A stretch of 32,000 bases of DNA from Thermosulfurimonas dismutans (lineage in GTDB: Bacteria > Desulfobacterota > Thermodesulfobacteria > Thermodesulfobacteriales > Thermodesulfobacteriaceae), in NCBI RefSeq assembly GCF_001652585.1, contig NZ_LWLG01000003.1, positions 60,001 through 92,000 on the forward strand, read 5' to 3'. Shown in pieces: positions 7,956 to 16,220 of this stretch (position 1 is its first letter; each line of letters opens with the position of its first letter). The notes under the pieces were generated by a model. That model had not been told where the DNA came from. It ran no database searches and saw nothing but the letters and a program-made list of their open reading frames with translations. A program made the translations under genes and the position numbers.

Positions 7956-8943
7956 AACTTTTTTCCTTCTTAATGGCCTCGATAAGTTCCGGTAGGACTT
8001 CGTAAAGATCGCCTACGATACCGAGATCGGCAATCCTAAAAATGGGGGCCTCAGGATCGGTGTTCACCGCGATGATGAGATCCGAGTTTTGCATACCCAC
8101 CCGGTGCTGAATAGCCCCGGAGATGCCACAAGCGATATAGACTCTGGGCCTTACGGTCTTTCCTGTTTGGCCCACCTGGTACTCGTAGTCGATCCAGCCG
8201 GCGTCTACTACCGCACGGCTGGCCCCTACTTCACCGTCGAGAAGCTCTGCAAGTTCGCGAAGGAGCTTGAAGCCCTCCGGACCTCCAAGTCCTCGGCCGC
8301 CGGAGACCACCACGTCTGCATACTCCAAATTGACGGTTTTTTCCTTAGGAATAAACCCTACTCGTTTTACTTTAACCTCGTTCTCTGAAAGACCGAGGTC
8401 TTCGCGTACGATCTCCCCCTGACGGGTTTCGTCTTTTTCAGGGAGTGGGAAGGTACGTGGGCGGACGGTTGACATTTGGGGGCGATGATCAGGACAGAGG
8501 ATGGAAGCCATGATGTTTCCGCCAAAAGCCGGTCGGGTCATGATGAGGTTTTTGGTCTCCGGATCAATCTCAAGCCCGGTGACATCGGCAGTAAGTCCGG
8601 TTTCAAGCGCAGTGGCGATGGAGCCCGCGAGATCCCGTCCCATAGTGGTGGCGCCCAAAAGAAGAATCTCTGGACGATACTTTTCGCAGAGTTTAATGAC
8701 CCCGTGGGCGTAAGTTTCGTTTCGGTAATATTCAAGGACGGGATCGTCTATCATATAAACCCTTTCGGCCCCGTAAGTGATGGCCTCCTTGGCGATGAGT
8801 TCCACCCCCTGGCCCAGAACCAAGGCCTCTACCTCTCCCGAAAGGGCTTCAGCTAGCTCTCGGGCCTTTCCCAGAAGTTCCCAGGAGACCGGATGTGCTT
8901 TACCTTCCTCCTGTTCCACAAAGACCCAGACTTTGGGTTTCAC
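7945..8943 (-). CDS. etfA: Electron transfer flavoprotein alpha subunit (EtfA/FixB)
   Basis: 332 aa. C-terminal FAD-binding region YIACGISGAIQHRVGMQNSDLIIAVNTDPEAPIF. GTG start in a GTGA overlap with the etfB stop (8940-8943). Confidence 0.9.
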   Translation of the reverse strand: MKPKVWVFVEQEEGKAHPVSWELLGKARELAEALSGEVEALVLGQGVELIAKEAITYGAERVYMIDDPVLEYYRNETYAHGVIKLCEKYRPEILLLGATTMGRDLAGSIATALETGLTADVTGLEIDPETKNLIMTRPAFGGNIMASILCPDHRPQMSTVRPRTFPLPEKDETRQGEIVREDLGLSENEVKVKRVGFIPKEKTVNLEYADVVVSGGRGLGGPEGFKLLRELAELLDGEVGASRAVVDAGWIDYEYQVGQTGKTVRPRVYIACGISGAIQHRVGMQNSDLIIAVNTDPEAPIFRIADLGIVGDLYEVLPELIEAIKKEKSYEQ

Positions 8944-9752
8944 AGTACCCCCTTCTCTTTCAGGGCTGTAATGATTTTTTCCACCACCGTCGAAACTCCG
9001 GCTTCGGAAACAAAGATCCTTTCTCCAGGACTCTTGAGTTCCGGCGTGAAGACACGGTGGACCCGGGTGGGGGAGCCCTTCAGTCCTAATTTGGCCCTCT
9101 CAAGAGGTACCGGATTTTCCGCGGAAAAGACCTCTGGCTTGCTTTTGGCGGCTCGGATGAGTTCCGAAAGGGGCGAGAAAGGCGGCTCTCCCACTTCCCG
9201 GTCGCAGGTTATAAGCACCGGAAGCGGGGCCTTTAAAATCTCTATGCCCCTTTCAGTTTTCCGATGAACAACAATTTCTCGGGTCTCGGTATCTAGCTTT
9301 TCCACCTTTACTACGTAGGTGATAAGGGGTACCCCTAATCTACGGGCCACTCCAGGACCCACCTGGGCGGTATCCCCATCAATGGCTTGTTTGCCGAAAA
9401 GAAGCAGATCAAAAGGCGCCTCACCAGCCAAATACTTTATAGTTTCGGCCAAGGTGTAGCTGGTGGCCAGGGTGTCAGCCCCGGCGAACTTGCGGTCCGA
9501 AAGGAGGATGATCCGGTCAGCTCCATACTCCACGGCCTCTTTCAGGGCGGCTTCAGCTTGGGGAGGCCCCATGGTAATAACGGTAATCTTCGCACCGTAA
9601 CGTCTCTTTAATTTCGAGGCTAGGGCTAAGGCGCTGGCGTCATAGGGATTTATGATGGAGGGTACGCCTTCCCGCACTAAGGTGCCGGTCTCGGGATTAA
9701 TACGGATATTAGTGGTATCTGGGACCTGTTTTATGGAAACCAGAATGTTCAT
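8940..9752 (-). CDS. etfB: Electron transfer flavoprotein beta subunit (EtfB/FixA)
   Basis: 270 aa. MNILVSIKQVPDT start and GKQAIDGDTAQVGP segment. ATGA overlap with the RND pump stop (9749-9752). Confidence 0.9.
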   Translation of the reverse strand: MNILVSIKQVPDTTNIRINPETGTLVREGVPSIINPYDASALALASKLKRRYGAKITVITMGPPQAEAALKEAVEYGADRIILLSDRKFAGADTLATSYTLAETIKYLAGEAPFDLLLFGKQAIDGDTAQVGPGVARRLGVPLITYVVKVEKLDTETREIVVHRKTERGIEILKAPLPVLITCDREVGEPPFSPLSELIRAAKSKPEVFSAENPVPLERAKLGLKGSPTRVHRVFTPELKSPGERIFVSEAGVSTVVEKIITALKEKGVL

Positions 9753-12700
9753 TTCCTTGGCTCCTCTGATTTTATAATGGCAGAAAGATCCTCAAAAATC
9801 AAGTAGCAGGTTGGCACTAGCACCAGGGTGATCACGGTGGCGAAAAGGACGCCGAAAGCCAGACTTATGGCCATAGGAATTAAGAATTTGGCCTGAATAC
9901 TTTTCTCAAAGATCATGGGGGTCAAACCGAAGAAGGTGGTAAGGGTGGTTAGCATGACCGGGCGGAAGCGCCTGAGACAGGCGTTGACCACGGCCTCCCG
10001 AAGCGGCAGGCCCTCACGCCGTTGGCGATTTATAAGGTCAACCAGGATGATGGCGTCGTTTACCACCACCCCGGAAAGCCCCACGATACCAAAAAGACTC
10101 AGGATGGAAAGTGAGTGCCCCAGGAGGAGGTGCCCCAGAAAGGCCCCTACGATGCCGAAGGGGATGGCCAGCATGATGATCAGGGGCTGAGAGAAGGAGC
10201 GCAGGGGGATGGCGATCAGGGTGTAAACGAGGATGAGGGCCAGAAAGAACTCTTTTTTGAGCTCCTGCATGGTGCGGGTTTCCTCCCGTCCCTCACCTTC
10301 AAAGGAATATAGGAGGCCCGGGTAGCGTTCGGCGAGCTCGGGGAGGAGTTCGCTCTTTAGAATGCGGCGGGCTTCGCTTCCGGTAAGCTCGTTTTCGTCC
10401 ACTTCGGCTCGCACATAGATTACCCGCTTACGGTTTAGGCGCTCAAGGGACACATACCCAGGGGCGAAAAAAGGGTCTGCGACCTCAAGGAAGGGGATTT
10501 CCCGCCCATCAGAAAGCCTTACACGCAGTCTTTTAAGGGTTTCGAGGGTCTCTCTTTCCTTCTCAGGAAGTCTTACCAAAACCGAGATTTCGTCCTCGCC
10601 CCGCTGAAATCGTAGGGCCTCGGCCCCGTAAAAGCTCGAGCGTACCGTACGGGCGATATCGGCCAGCGTGACCCCGAGGCTCTTGGCCCCAGGTTTTAAA
10701 CGGAAACGCAACTCCTCTTTGCCCTCCACATGGCTGTCCTCCACGTCATAGACACCCTTTATCTTCGAAAGTTTGCTCTTCAACTCCTCGATCGCGGCCA
10801 AAAGCACCTCTTCTTCAGGATGCGAAAGAGCTACTTCTATGGGTTTCCCGAAAGAAAAGAGTTCTCCGGAGAAGGTAATCGAGTCGGCCTCCGGGATCGT
10901 CCCCACCGCCTTTCTCCAGGCCGAGACCAACGCCTTTACGCTTACGCCGGAGCGCTTTTCGGCTTCCACCAGCCGGATCTCGATTCCGGCGATATGACTC
11001 CCCATTTCCGGTGGCCCCCCGTGAGGCCCTGAAATGGTGGCCCCTACGGAAATTAGACTGTACTCGAGAAGTTTTTTCTCGTACTTTCGTTCGGCCTCGG
11101 CCACGACCTTGAGGCCTGCGGCCTCAATTTTCTTGGCCACGGAGAGGGTTTCCTCAAAAGGCGTTCCGGCAGGCATCCTCAAGGTGCATTTGAGTCGATT
11201 ACCTTCCACCCTTGGGAAAAAGCTGAAACGGAGTTTGCCTCCGATCCAAAGGGAAAAGACCATCAAAAGTAAAGCCGTGAGGGCCGAGAGCGTAACCCAG
11301 CGAACGGAAAGGGCCTTAAAAAGAAAGGGCCGATACAGTTTCTCGACGAACCTTTCAAGGTTGTTTGAGAGGGCCGGTTTCTTTTTGGGGATTTTGGCCC
11401 CCATGAGATGGGTCGGGAGCACTAAAAGGGCTTCAAGCAGAGAACCCGCAAGCACCAGAATGACTACCACCGGGATCACTCGCATGAATCTTCCCATGGA
11501 GCCCACGCCGTAAAGGAGGGGCCAGAAGGCTGCGATGGTGGTAAGCACGGAGAAGATGACCGGATTCGCCACTTCTAGGGTGCCTCCCACCGCGGCCGAA
11601 AGCCGAGTTGCCCCGGCTTCCCGGTGTTTGAAGATGTTTTCTCCCACCACAATAGCGTCGTCCACCACGATACCCAGGACCAAGATGAAGGCAAAAAGGG
11701 AGATCATGTTGATAGAGACCCCGAAATGGGGCATGAGCCAGAGACCGAAGGCAAAGGAAATAGGAATCCCGAGGACTACCCAGAAGGCGAGATTGAGGTG
11801 CAGAAAGAGAGATAAGAGCACGATAACGATGACCATCCCGAGGGCCATATTTTTTAGGAGGAGCTTTATTCGTGACCAAAGGATGTCCGTGCGATCCCTC
11901 ATGATCTCAAGCTTTAAGGGCGAGGGAAGGAGGGCCTGTATCTCCGGAAGATGGGTTTTAACCGTGCGCGCGATGTCAAGCACATTCTGTTCTCCGACCC
12001 GGAAAATCTCGATCACCGCCGCCGGTTTACCGTTGTAAAGGACGGCGTAGTCGAAACTGTCACGGAGTTCTTCACGGATCTCGGAAAGGTCTCGCAGATA
12101 GAGGGTTCCGCCCTTTTCACCGCCGAGGAGCCTTAAAGTCTCGTATTCCTCGCCGAAGTAGCGCTTGCCGCGGACCCTCACCAGGTATTCCTCGTGAGGG
12201 TTTTTTAGACGCCCGGCCGGAAGATCCAGGGATCCCCTCTGAACGAGTTCGGCGATGGCGGAAAGACTCAGGCCGTACTTCCGGAGTTTTTTTTCTGGAA
12301 TTTCGATGTGGATCTCCCGGGGGAAAAGCCCGAAATAATCCACCTCGGTTATGCCCGGAAGGGCAAGGAGGTAGTCCTTTATCCTTTCGGTCCAATATTT
12401 GAGAGTTTCTTTGTCTACTTCGCCGGAGAGGACGAGGTTGATGACTTCGTGCCGGATAATGACCTTTTTCACGATGGGTCTTTCGGCCTGGGCGGGAAGA
12501 GTGGTGATGCCGTCTACCTCGGTCTTCACCTCGTCGAGAAGCTCCCGGGCATCCCAGCCCTCAAGGACCTCCACCGTGATGCGGCCCTCGCCCTCCCGCG
12601 CCACAGAGAGGATACGGTCAATCCCGGAAAGAGAGGCAATCCTTTCTTCGATGGGTTTTATGACCGACTCTTCAATCTCCTGGGGGGAGGCCCCTCGGTA

Positions 12701-12853
12701 CTCCACCTTGATCACGATCTGGTCAGCGGCCACCTCGGGGAAGATCTCCACCTTGATGCTGAAAAGCGTAAGCACCCCGGCCGCAAGCACAAAAAGCATG
12801 AGGAGATTAGCGGCCACATGGTTTTGGGCAAACCAGGAGATAATCCCTCTCAT
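9749..12853 (-). CDS. RND efflux transporter permease subunit (AcrB/HAE-like)
   Basis: 1034 aa. Typical RND N-terminus (IISWFAQNHVAANLLM), two large periplasmic loops and repeated 6-TM bundles. Directly follows MFP and OMF genes. Confidence 0.95.
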   Translation of the reverse strand: MRGIISWFAQNHVAANLLMLFVLAAGVLTLFSIKVEIFPEVAADQIVIKVEYRGASPQEIEESVIKPIEERIASLSGIDRILSVAREGEGRITVEVLEGWDARELLDEVKTEVDGITTLPAQAERPIVKKVIIRHEVINLVLSGEVDKETLKYWTERIKDYLLALPGITEVDYFGLFPREIHIEIPEKKLRKYGLSLSAIAELVQRGSLDLPAGRLKNPHEEYLVRVRGKRYFGEEYETLRLLGGEKGGTLYLRDLSEIREELRDSFDYAVLYNGKPAAVIEIFRVGEQNVLDIARTVKTHLPEIQALLPSPLKLEIMRDRTDILWSRIKLLLKNMALGMVIVIVLLSLFLHLNLAFWVVLGIPISFAFGLWLMPHFGVSINMISLFAFILVLGIVVDDAIVVGENIFKHREAGATRLSAAVGGTLEVANPVIFSVLTTIAAFWPLLYGVGSMGRFMRVIPVVVILVLAGSLLEALLVLPTHLMGAKIPKKKPALSNNLERFVEKLYRPFLFKALSVRWVTLSALTALLLMVFSLWIGGKLRFSFFPRVEGNRLKCTLRMPAGTPFEETLSVAKKIEAAGLKVVAEAERKYEKKLLEYSLISVGATISGPHGGPPEMGSHIAGIEIRLVEAEKRSGVSVKALVSAWRKAVGTIPEADSITFSGELFSFGKPIEVALSHPEEEVLLAAIEELKSKLSKIKGVYDVEDSHVEGKEELRFRLKPGAKSLGVTLADIARTVRSSFYGAEALRFQRGEDEISVLVRLPEKERETLETLKRLRVRLSDGREIPFLEVADPFFAPGYVSLERLNRKRVIYVRAEVDENELTGSEARRILKSELLPELAERYPGLLYSFEGEGREETRTMQELKKEFFLALILVYTLIAIPLRSFSQPLIIMLAIPFGIVGAFLGHLLLGHSLSILSLFGIVGLSGVVVNDAIILVDLINRQRREGLPLREAVVNACLRRFRPVMLTTLTTFFGLTPMIFEKSIQAKFLIPMAISLAFGVLFATVITLVLVPTCYLIFEDLSAIIKSEEPRK

Positions 12854-14004
12854 TACCTTTCCCTTACGAGCATTCCGGAAACCGCGCCTCTCAAACGCTG
12901 AGCCACCACCTTTTCTCCGGCCGAAAGTCCTTCGGTTACGACCACCCGCTTTTCGTCCTCGTAAAGGACTTTAACTGGCCGCCTCTCAAGCCTTTCTTCG
13001 GAATTGACCACCCAGACGAAGGTCTCCCCGAGGTCCCGATTTAGGGCCTCTTTCGGAAGTATAAAGACCTCGGGAAAACTCCTCCCCAGTATTCTCACCG
13101 TGACGAAAACCCCCGGAAGGAGGGGAGGGGTTTGGGAGGATTCTTTGGCCCGGAGATAAAGGGGAAGGAGCCTCGTTTTTTCTTCCACTGCCCCTGCGGC
13201 CCGGATGATTCGGCCGGGATATCGAAAGACCGCTTCCCCGGCCTCCCAAAAGATTTCGGCAGGGGACCCCGGGGCCTTGGCGGGAGCATTAAGCCCCGGG
13301 ACTGCTATGTAGGGCAGGAAGTGGTCAGCCACCGGGGCGTAGATCTCAAGTCCCGAGAGAGGGTAGAGCACGGCTAGGATCCTTCCCGGGCTGGCATAGC
13401 TTCCGACCTCAGCGTGGACCTCAAGGACGCGGGCTTTGTAGGGAGCCCGAATTTCCGTCCGTTTGAGGTCGGTCCGGGCCTTCTTTAAGGCGGCTCTTGC
13501 GGCCGAAACTGCGGCCCGGGCCTCGGCAAGCTGGGGCTTTTTGGCCACCAGTGGCGGAGGAGGGCTTTCGGGATGAAGGGCCCTCCACTCGGCCACGGAG
13601 CGTTCGGCCTCGGCCGAAAGCTCGGCAAGGACCCTTTCGGCCTGTTTGAGCTCGGCCTCGGCCCGGACCACTGCGGCTTCGTAATCCGTAGGGTCGATCT
13701 TTATCAGGACCTCGTCCTCAAGTACTACTTCGCCGGGAAGGAGTTTGGGGGAGACATAGATGATCTTTCCGGAGACCTCGGCCGAAAGCTCGATTTGACG
13801 CGGGGCCACCACCGTTCCGGTGGTCTCCACAGTGTAGGTGAAGGCCTGAGGCTTTACTTCCACAGTCTTTACCACTAGAACGGGTTTTTCCCTCCTTTTG
13901 GCCGGAGGCTTTGGACGAGAGGAAATGAGATGGTAAGAAATACCGAGACCCATCGCAAGGATCAAAGAAGCTGCAAGTGCCTGAAGTAGCCCCCTTTTTT
14001 TCAT
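12853..14004 (-). CDS. RND efflux periplasmic adaptor (membrane fusion protein, HlyD family)
   Basis: 383 aa. N-terminal membrane anchor, Ala/Glu-rich alpha-hairpin (AEAELKQAERVLAELSAEAER...), beta-barrel-like C-terminus. TAATG coupling to the RND gene. Confidence 0.85.
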   Translation of the reverse strand: MKKRGLLQALAASLILAMGLGISYHLISSRPKPPAKRREKPVLVVKTVEVKPQAFTYTVETTGTVVAPRQIELSAEVSGKIIYVSPKLLPGEVVLEDEVLIKIDPTDYEAAVVRAEAELKQAERVLAELSAEAERSVAEWRALHPESPPPPLVAKKPQLAEARAAVSAARAALKKARTDLKRTEIRAPYKARVLEVHAEVGSYASPGRILAVLYPLSGLEIYAPVADHFLPYIAVPGLNAPAKAPGSPAEIFWEAGEAVFRYPGRIIRAAGAVEEKTRLLPLYLRAKESSQTPPLLPGVFVTVRILGRSFPEVFILPKEALNRDLGETFVWVVNSEERLERRPVKVLYEDEKRVVVTEGLSAGEKVVAQRLRGAVSGMLVRER

Positions 14005-15413
14005 GATGCCTCCTTTCCTGGGAGACTGAATCCGCCTCCAAGGGCCCTAAAGAGGAAGATCCGGTTGAGGATGAGCGAACGCCGGGCCCGAAGGACCTTT
14101 CTTTGGGCCTCAAGAGTCTGGATCTTAAAATCCAGATAATCTGGAAGGGATATCAATCCCTTTTTGAAACGATTTTCGTAAAAAGAAAGCCTGAGGTTTG
14201 CGGCCGTAAGTTCTTTTTGAGTTTCTAAAAGCACCCTTCTCAGTTTTTCCTCGGAAAGGAGACCGAATTCTACCTCTCGAAAGGCCTCAAGCACGGTCTG
14301 GACGTACTCCTCCTCGGCCTGCCTTAAAATTTTTCTGGAGGCTTCTTCCTCGGCTTTTAGTTCGCCGGCATTAAAGAGGGGTTGAGTGAGATCGAAAGAA
14401 AGGGTCCAGAGGCGGTTTTGGCGCGAAAGAAGATCCGAAAGGGCGTTGGATACTCGTCCCTCTTCGACGGTAAGCATCAAGTGGGGAAAACGGGCCGCCC
14501 GGGCGACCTTTACCATTTCGGCTGCAGCTCGAAGTTTGGCTTCCGCGGCCCGGATGTCCGGTCGTCTTTTAAGAAGTTCCGATGGCAGGCCTGGCGGAGG
14601 CGGTGAAATTTCAGACTTGCAAACCGAGGAGGTCTCTCGGATCTGGAAAGTCCCCGCGGGGTAGCTACCGGAAAGGAGCTCAAGTTCTTGCAGGGCCTCG
14701 CGAAGGGCCCGTCTGGTCTCCGGAAGTAAGGCCCTTAAAGCTGAAAATTTTTTTTCCTCCTCAAGAAGGCGGGCCGCCGGGAAAAGACCAACCTCAAAAC
14801 GTTTTCGTAGGAGTGAAAGGCGTTTCTCTGAGACCTTGACTTCCTCTGAGAGGACCTTGAGCTCGCAGTTATAAAAGGCGGCCTCGAGATAGCGGGAGAC
14901 TGCCTCAGCCGCAAGGCTCTGGGCCAGGGCCAAACGAGACTCCTCGGCGGAGAGAACTTCGAAATAGGCTGCTTTTTCCGCGGAAGAAAGCCTCCGCCAG
15001 AGGTCAACCTCGTAGGAGGCTAGAACAGCCCCCTGAAACTCTCCATAAATAAAGCCTTGTGGAGGACCGATGCCTCTCGACAAGCGCGTCCGGGAACGTC
15101 TTCCCGAAAAATCGAGGTTTACTTCTGGAAACCTTTCGGCCCTGGCCTTTTTGAGCCTTGCCGAAAGCTCCTCTATTCGGAAGCGGGCCTTGGTTAGATC
15201 GTGATTTGCGGAAAGGACCTTTTCTACCAAACGGTTAAGCTCTTCAATCTCGAAAATCTCCCACCATCTTTCGGGAAGTTGGGGCAAAGTGGAGTTAGCC
15301 GGGGAATTGGCGAAGCTTTCAGGAAGAGGCGGCAGATCTCTTTTTATTTCGACCTTCGGGGCACAGGCCGAAAAAAATATCAGTAAGAAAAGGAAGGCCT
15401 TGGCCTTTTTCAT
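14001..15413 (-). CDS. Outer-membrane efflux factor, NodT/TolC family lipoprotein
   Basis: 470 aa. Signal peptide ending in a lipobox-like FFSAC. Two repeated coiled-coil/beta halves typical of OMF proteins. ATGA overlaps on both sides. Confidence 0.85.
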   Translation of the reverse strand: MKKAKAFLFLLIFFSACAPKVEIKRDLPPLPESFANSPANSTLPQLPERWWEIFEIEELNRLVEKVLSANHDLTKARFRIEELSARLKKARAERFPEVNLDFSGRRSRTRLSRGIGPPQGFIYGEFQGAVLASYEVDLWRRLSSAEKAAYFEVLSAEESRLALAQSLAAEAVSRYLEAAFYNCELKVLSEEVKVSEKRLSLLRKRFEVGLFPAARLLEEEKKFSALRALLPETRRALREALQELELLSGSYPAGTFQIRETSSVCKSEISPPPPGLPSELLKRRPDIRAAEAKLRAAAEMVKVARAARFPHLMLTVEEGRVSNALSDLLSRQNRLWTLSFDLTQPLFNAGELKAEEEASRKILRQAEEEYVQTVLEAFREVEFGLLSEEKLRRVLLETQKELTAANLRLSFYENRFKKGLISLPDYLDFKIQTLEAQRKVLRARRSLILNRIFLFRALGGGFSLPGKEAS

Positions 15414-16036
15414 GCTGCAAGTCCTTTGAGGCCCATTAAAGAGAAGGCCTTTATATGTTCGATGATTTCGTCTTTTAGGTTTTCGGACGAAGGTTCTCTG
15501 AGAAAATCTCGAACAATAGGCCAGGCAAAATTGAAGTAGAGGATTTGCCCGATAAGGCTGAAGACTGCAAGCCGGACCTTCCGTTCCGAGAGATCCGCCG
15601 GCAGATGGGCCTTTAAGGCCTCACCTATGGCCTCAAGAAGAGGTCTCAGGCCCTCGGCCAACATGAGATCAAAGGCCTCGGTGGGCTGGGCCAGCTCCTG
15701 AGCCAGAAGCCGCCTGTGCCGCCATCTTTCTCTTTCCGAAAAAGGATTTTCGAAAAAGGCCCTGATTAGGGCTACAATAACTCCTTCGAGCCCTTGGTGA
15801 GTGCTTTTGAGATTTTTCAAAAATTCCTCCTTTACCTTGCGGGTTCTCGGAAGCCATCTTTCTTTTATCACCGCGAGGTAAAGTTTCTTCTTGCCTCCGA
15901 AGTGGTAGTTTACCGCCGCTACGTTGCAGCCCGCCTGCGAAGTGATCTCTCGAACTCCAGCCTCCGCAAAGCCCCGCTTGGCAAAGATCTCTTCGGCTAT
16001 CTCAAGGAGTCTTTCCCGTAAATCCGATCTTTCCAT
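15410..16036 (-). CDS. TetR/AcrR-family transcriptional regulator
   Basis: 208 aa. N-terminal HTH region [44 protein letters not shown]. First gene of the 14-gene minus-strand array. Confidence 0.9.
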   Translation of the reverse strand: MERSDLRERLLEIAEEIFAKRGFAEAGVREITSQAGCNVAAVNYHFGGKKKLYLAVIKERWLPRTRKVKEEFLKNLKSTHQGLEGVIVALIRAFFENPFSERERWRHRRLLAQELAQPTEAFDLMLAEGLRPLLEAIGEALKAHLPADLSERKVRLAVFSLIGQILYFNFAWPIVRDFLREPSSENLKDEIIEHIKAFSLMGLKGLAA

Positions 16037-16043
16037 ACGTTCT

Positions 16044-16072
16044 TATGTATCAAACAAATGTTTGAAACGCAA
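16044..16072 (-). promoter_or_regulatory. Candidate tetR-operon promoter with operator palindrome in the spacer; predicted leaderless
   Basis: Minus strand reads TTGCGT (plus 16067-16072), a 17-nt spacer, then TACATA (plus 16044-16049). The spacer contains the perfect palindrome TCAAACA-AA-TGTTTGA (16050-16065). The -10 ends 7 nt before the tetR ATG (16036) and there is no Shine-Dalgarno. Confidence 0.4.
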
Positions 16073-16142
16073 GTTTGACTTGCACAAATCGGGTTGTGGT
16101 GGTAAAAAAGCGACTCAAATTAAGAACACACGCCCGAATTTT

Positions 16143-16185
16143 GGGCCCTCGGGGGTGTCCGGTCTAGTCCGGATGGCGAGGGCCT
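16143..16185 (+). promoter_or_regulatory. GC-rich two-tier hairpin in the rpsB 5' leader
   Basis: Outer stem GGCCCTCG (16144-16151) pairs with CGAGGGCC (16177-16184), 8 bp. Inner stem TCCGG (16158-16162) pairs with CCGGA (16169-16173) around loop TCTAGT. No U-tract follows. It lies 36 nt upstream of the rpsB ATG. Confidence 0.35.
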
Positions 16186-16220
16186 GGGGCGGAGGACAAA
16201 ACCCCAAAGGAGGTAGTTCA

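Noticed and set aside
9915-14113. Many 60-200-aa ORFs on the opposite strand or in alternative frames of the RND, MFP and OMF genes. Similar ones lie inside fixC, etfA, dxr and pglB.
   Set aside because: They lie wholly inside long, well-supported genes in GC-rich DNA, where stop codons are rare. Their translations are low-complexity (R/P/S/G-rich) with no recognisable motifs.
15924-16220. 99-codon N-terminal extension of the rpsB ORF in the track (381 aa)
   Set aside because: The extension runs antisense through the tetR 5' end and the promoter region and has no S2 similarity. The conserved S2 N-terminus starts at ATG 16221, behind a strong AAAGGAGG RBS.
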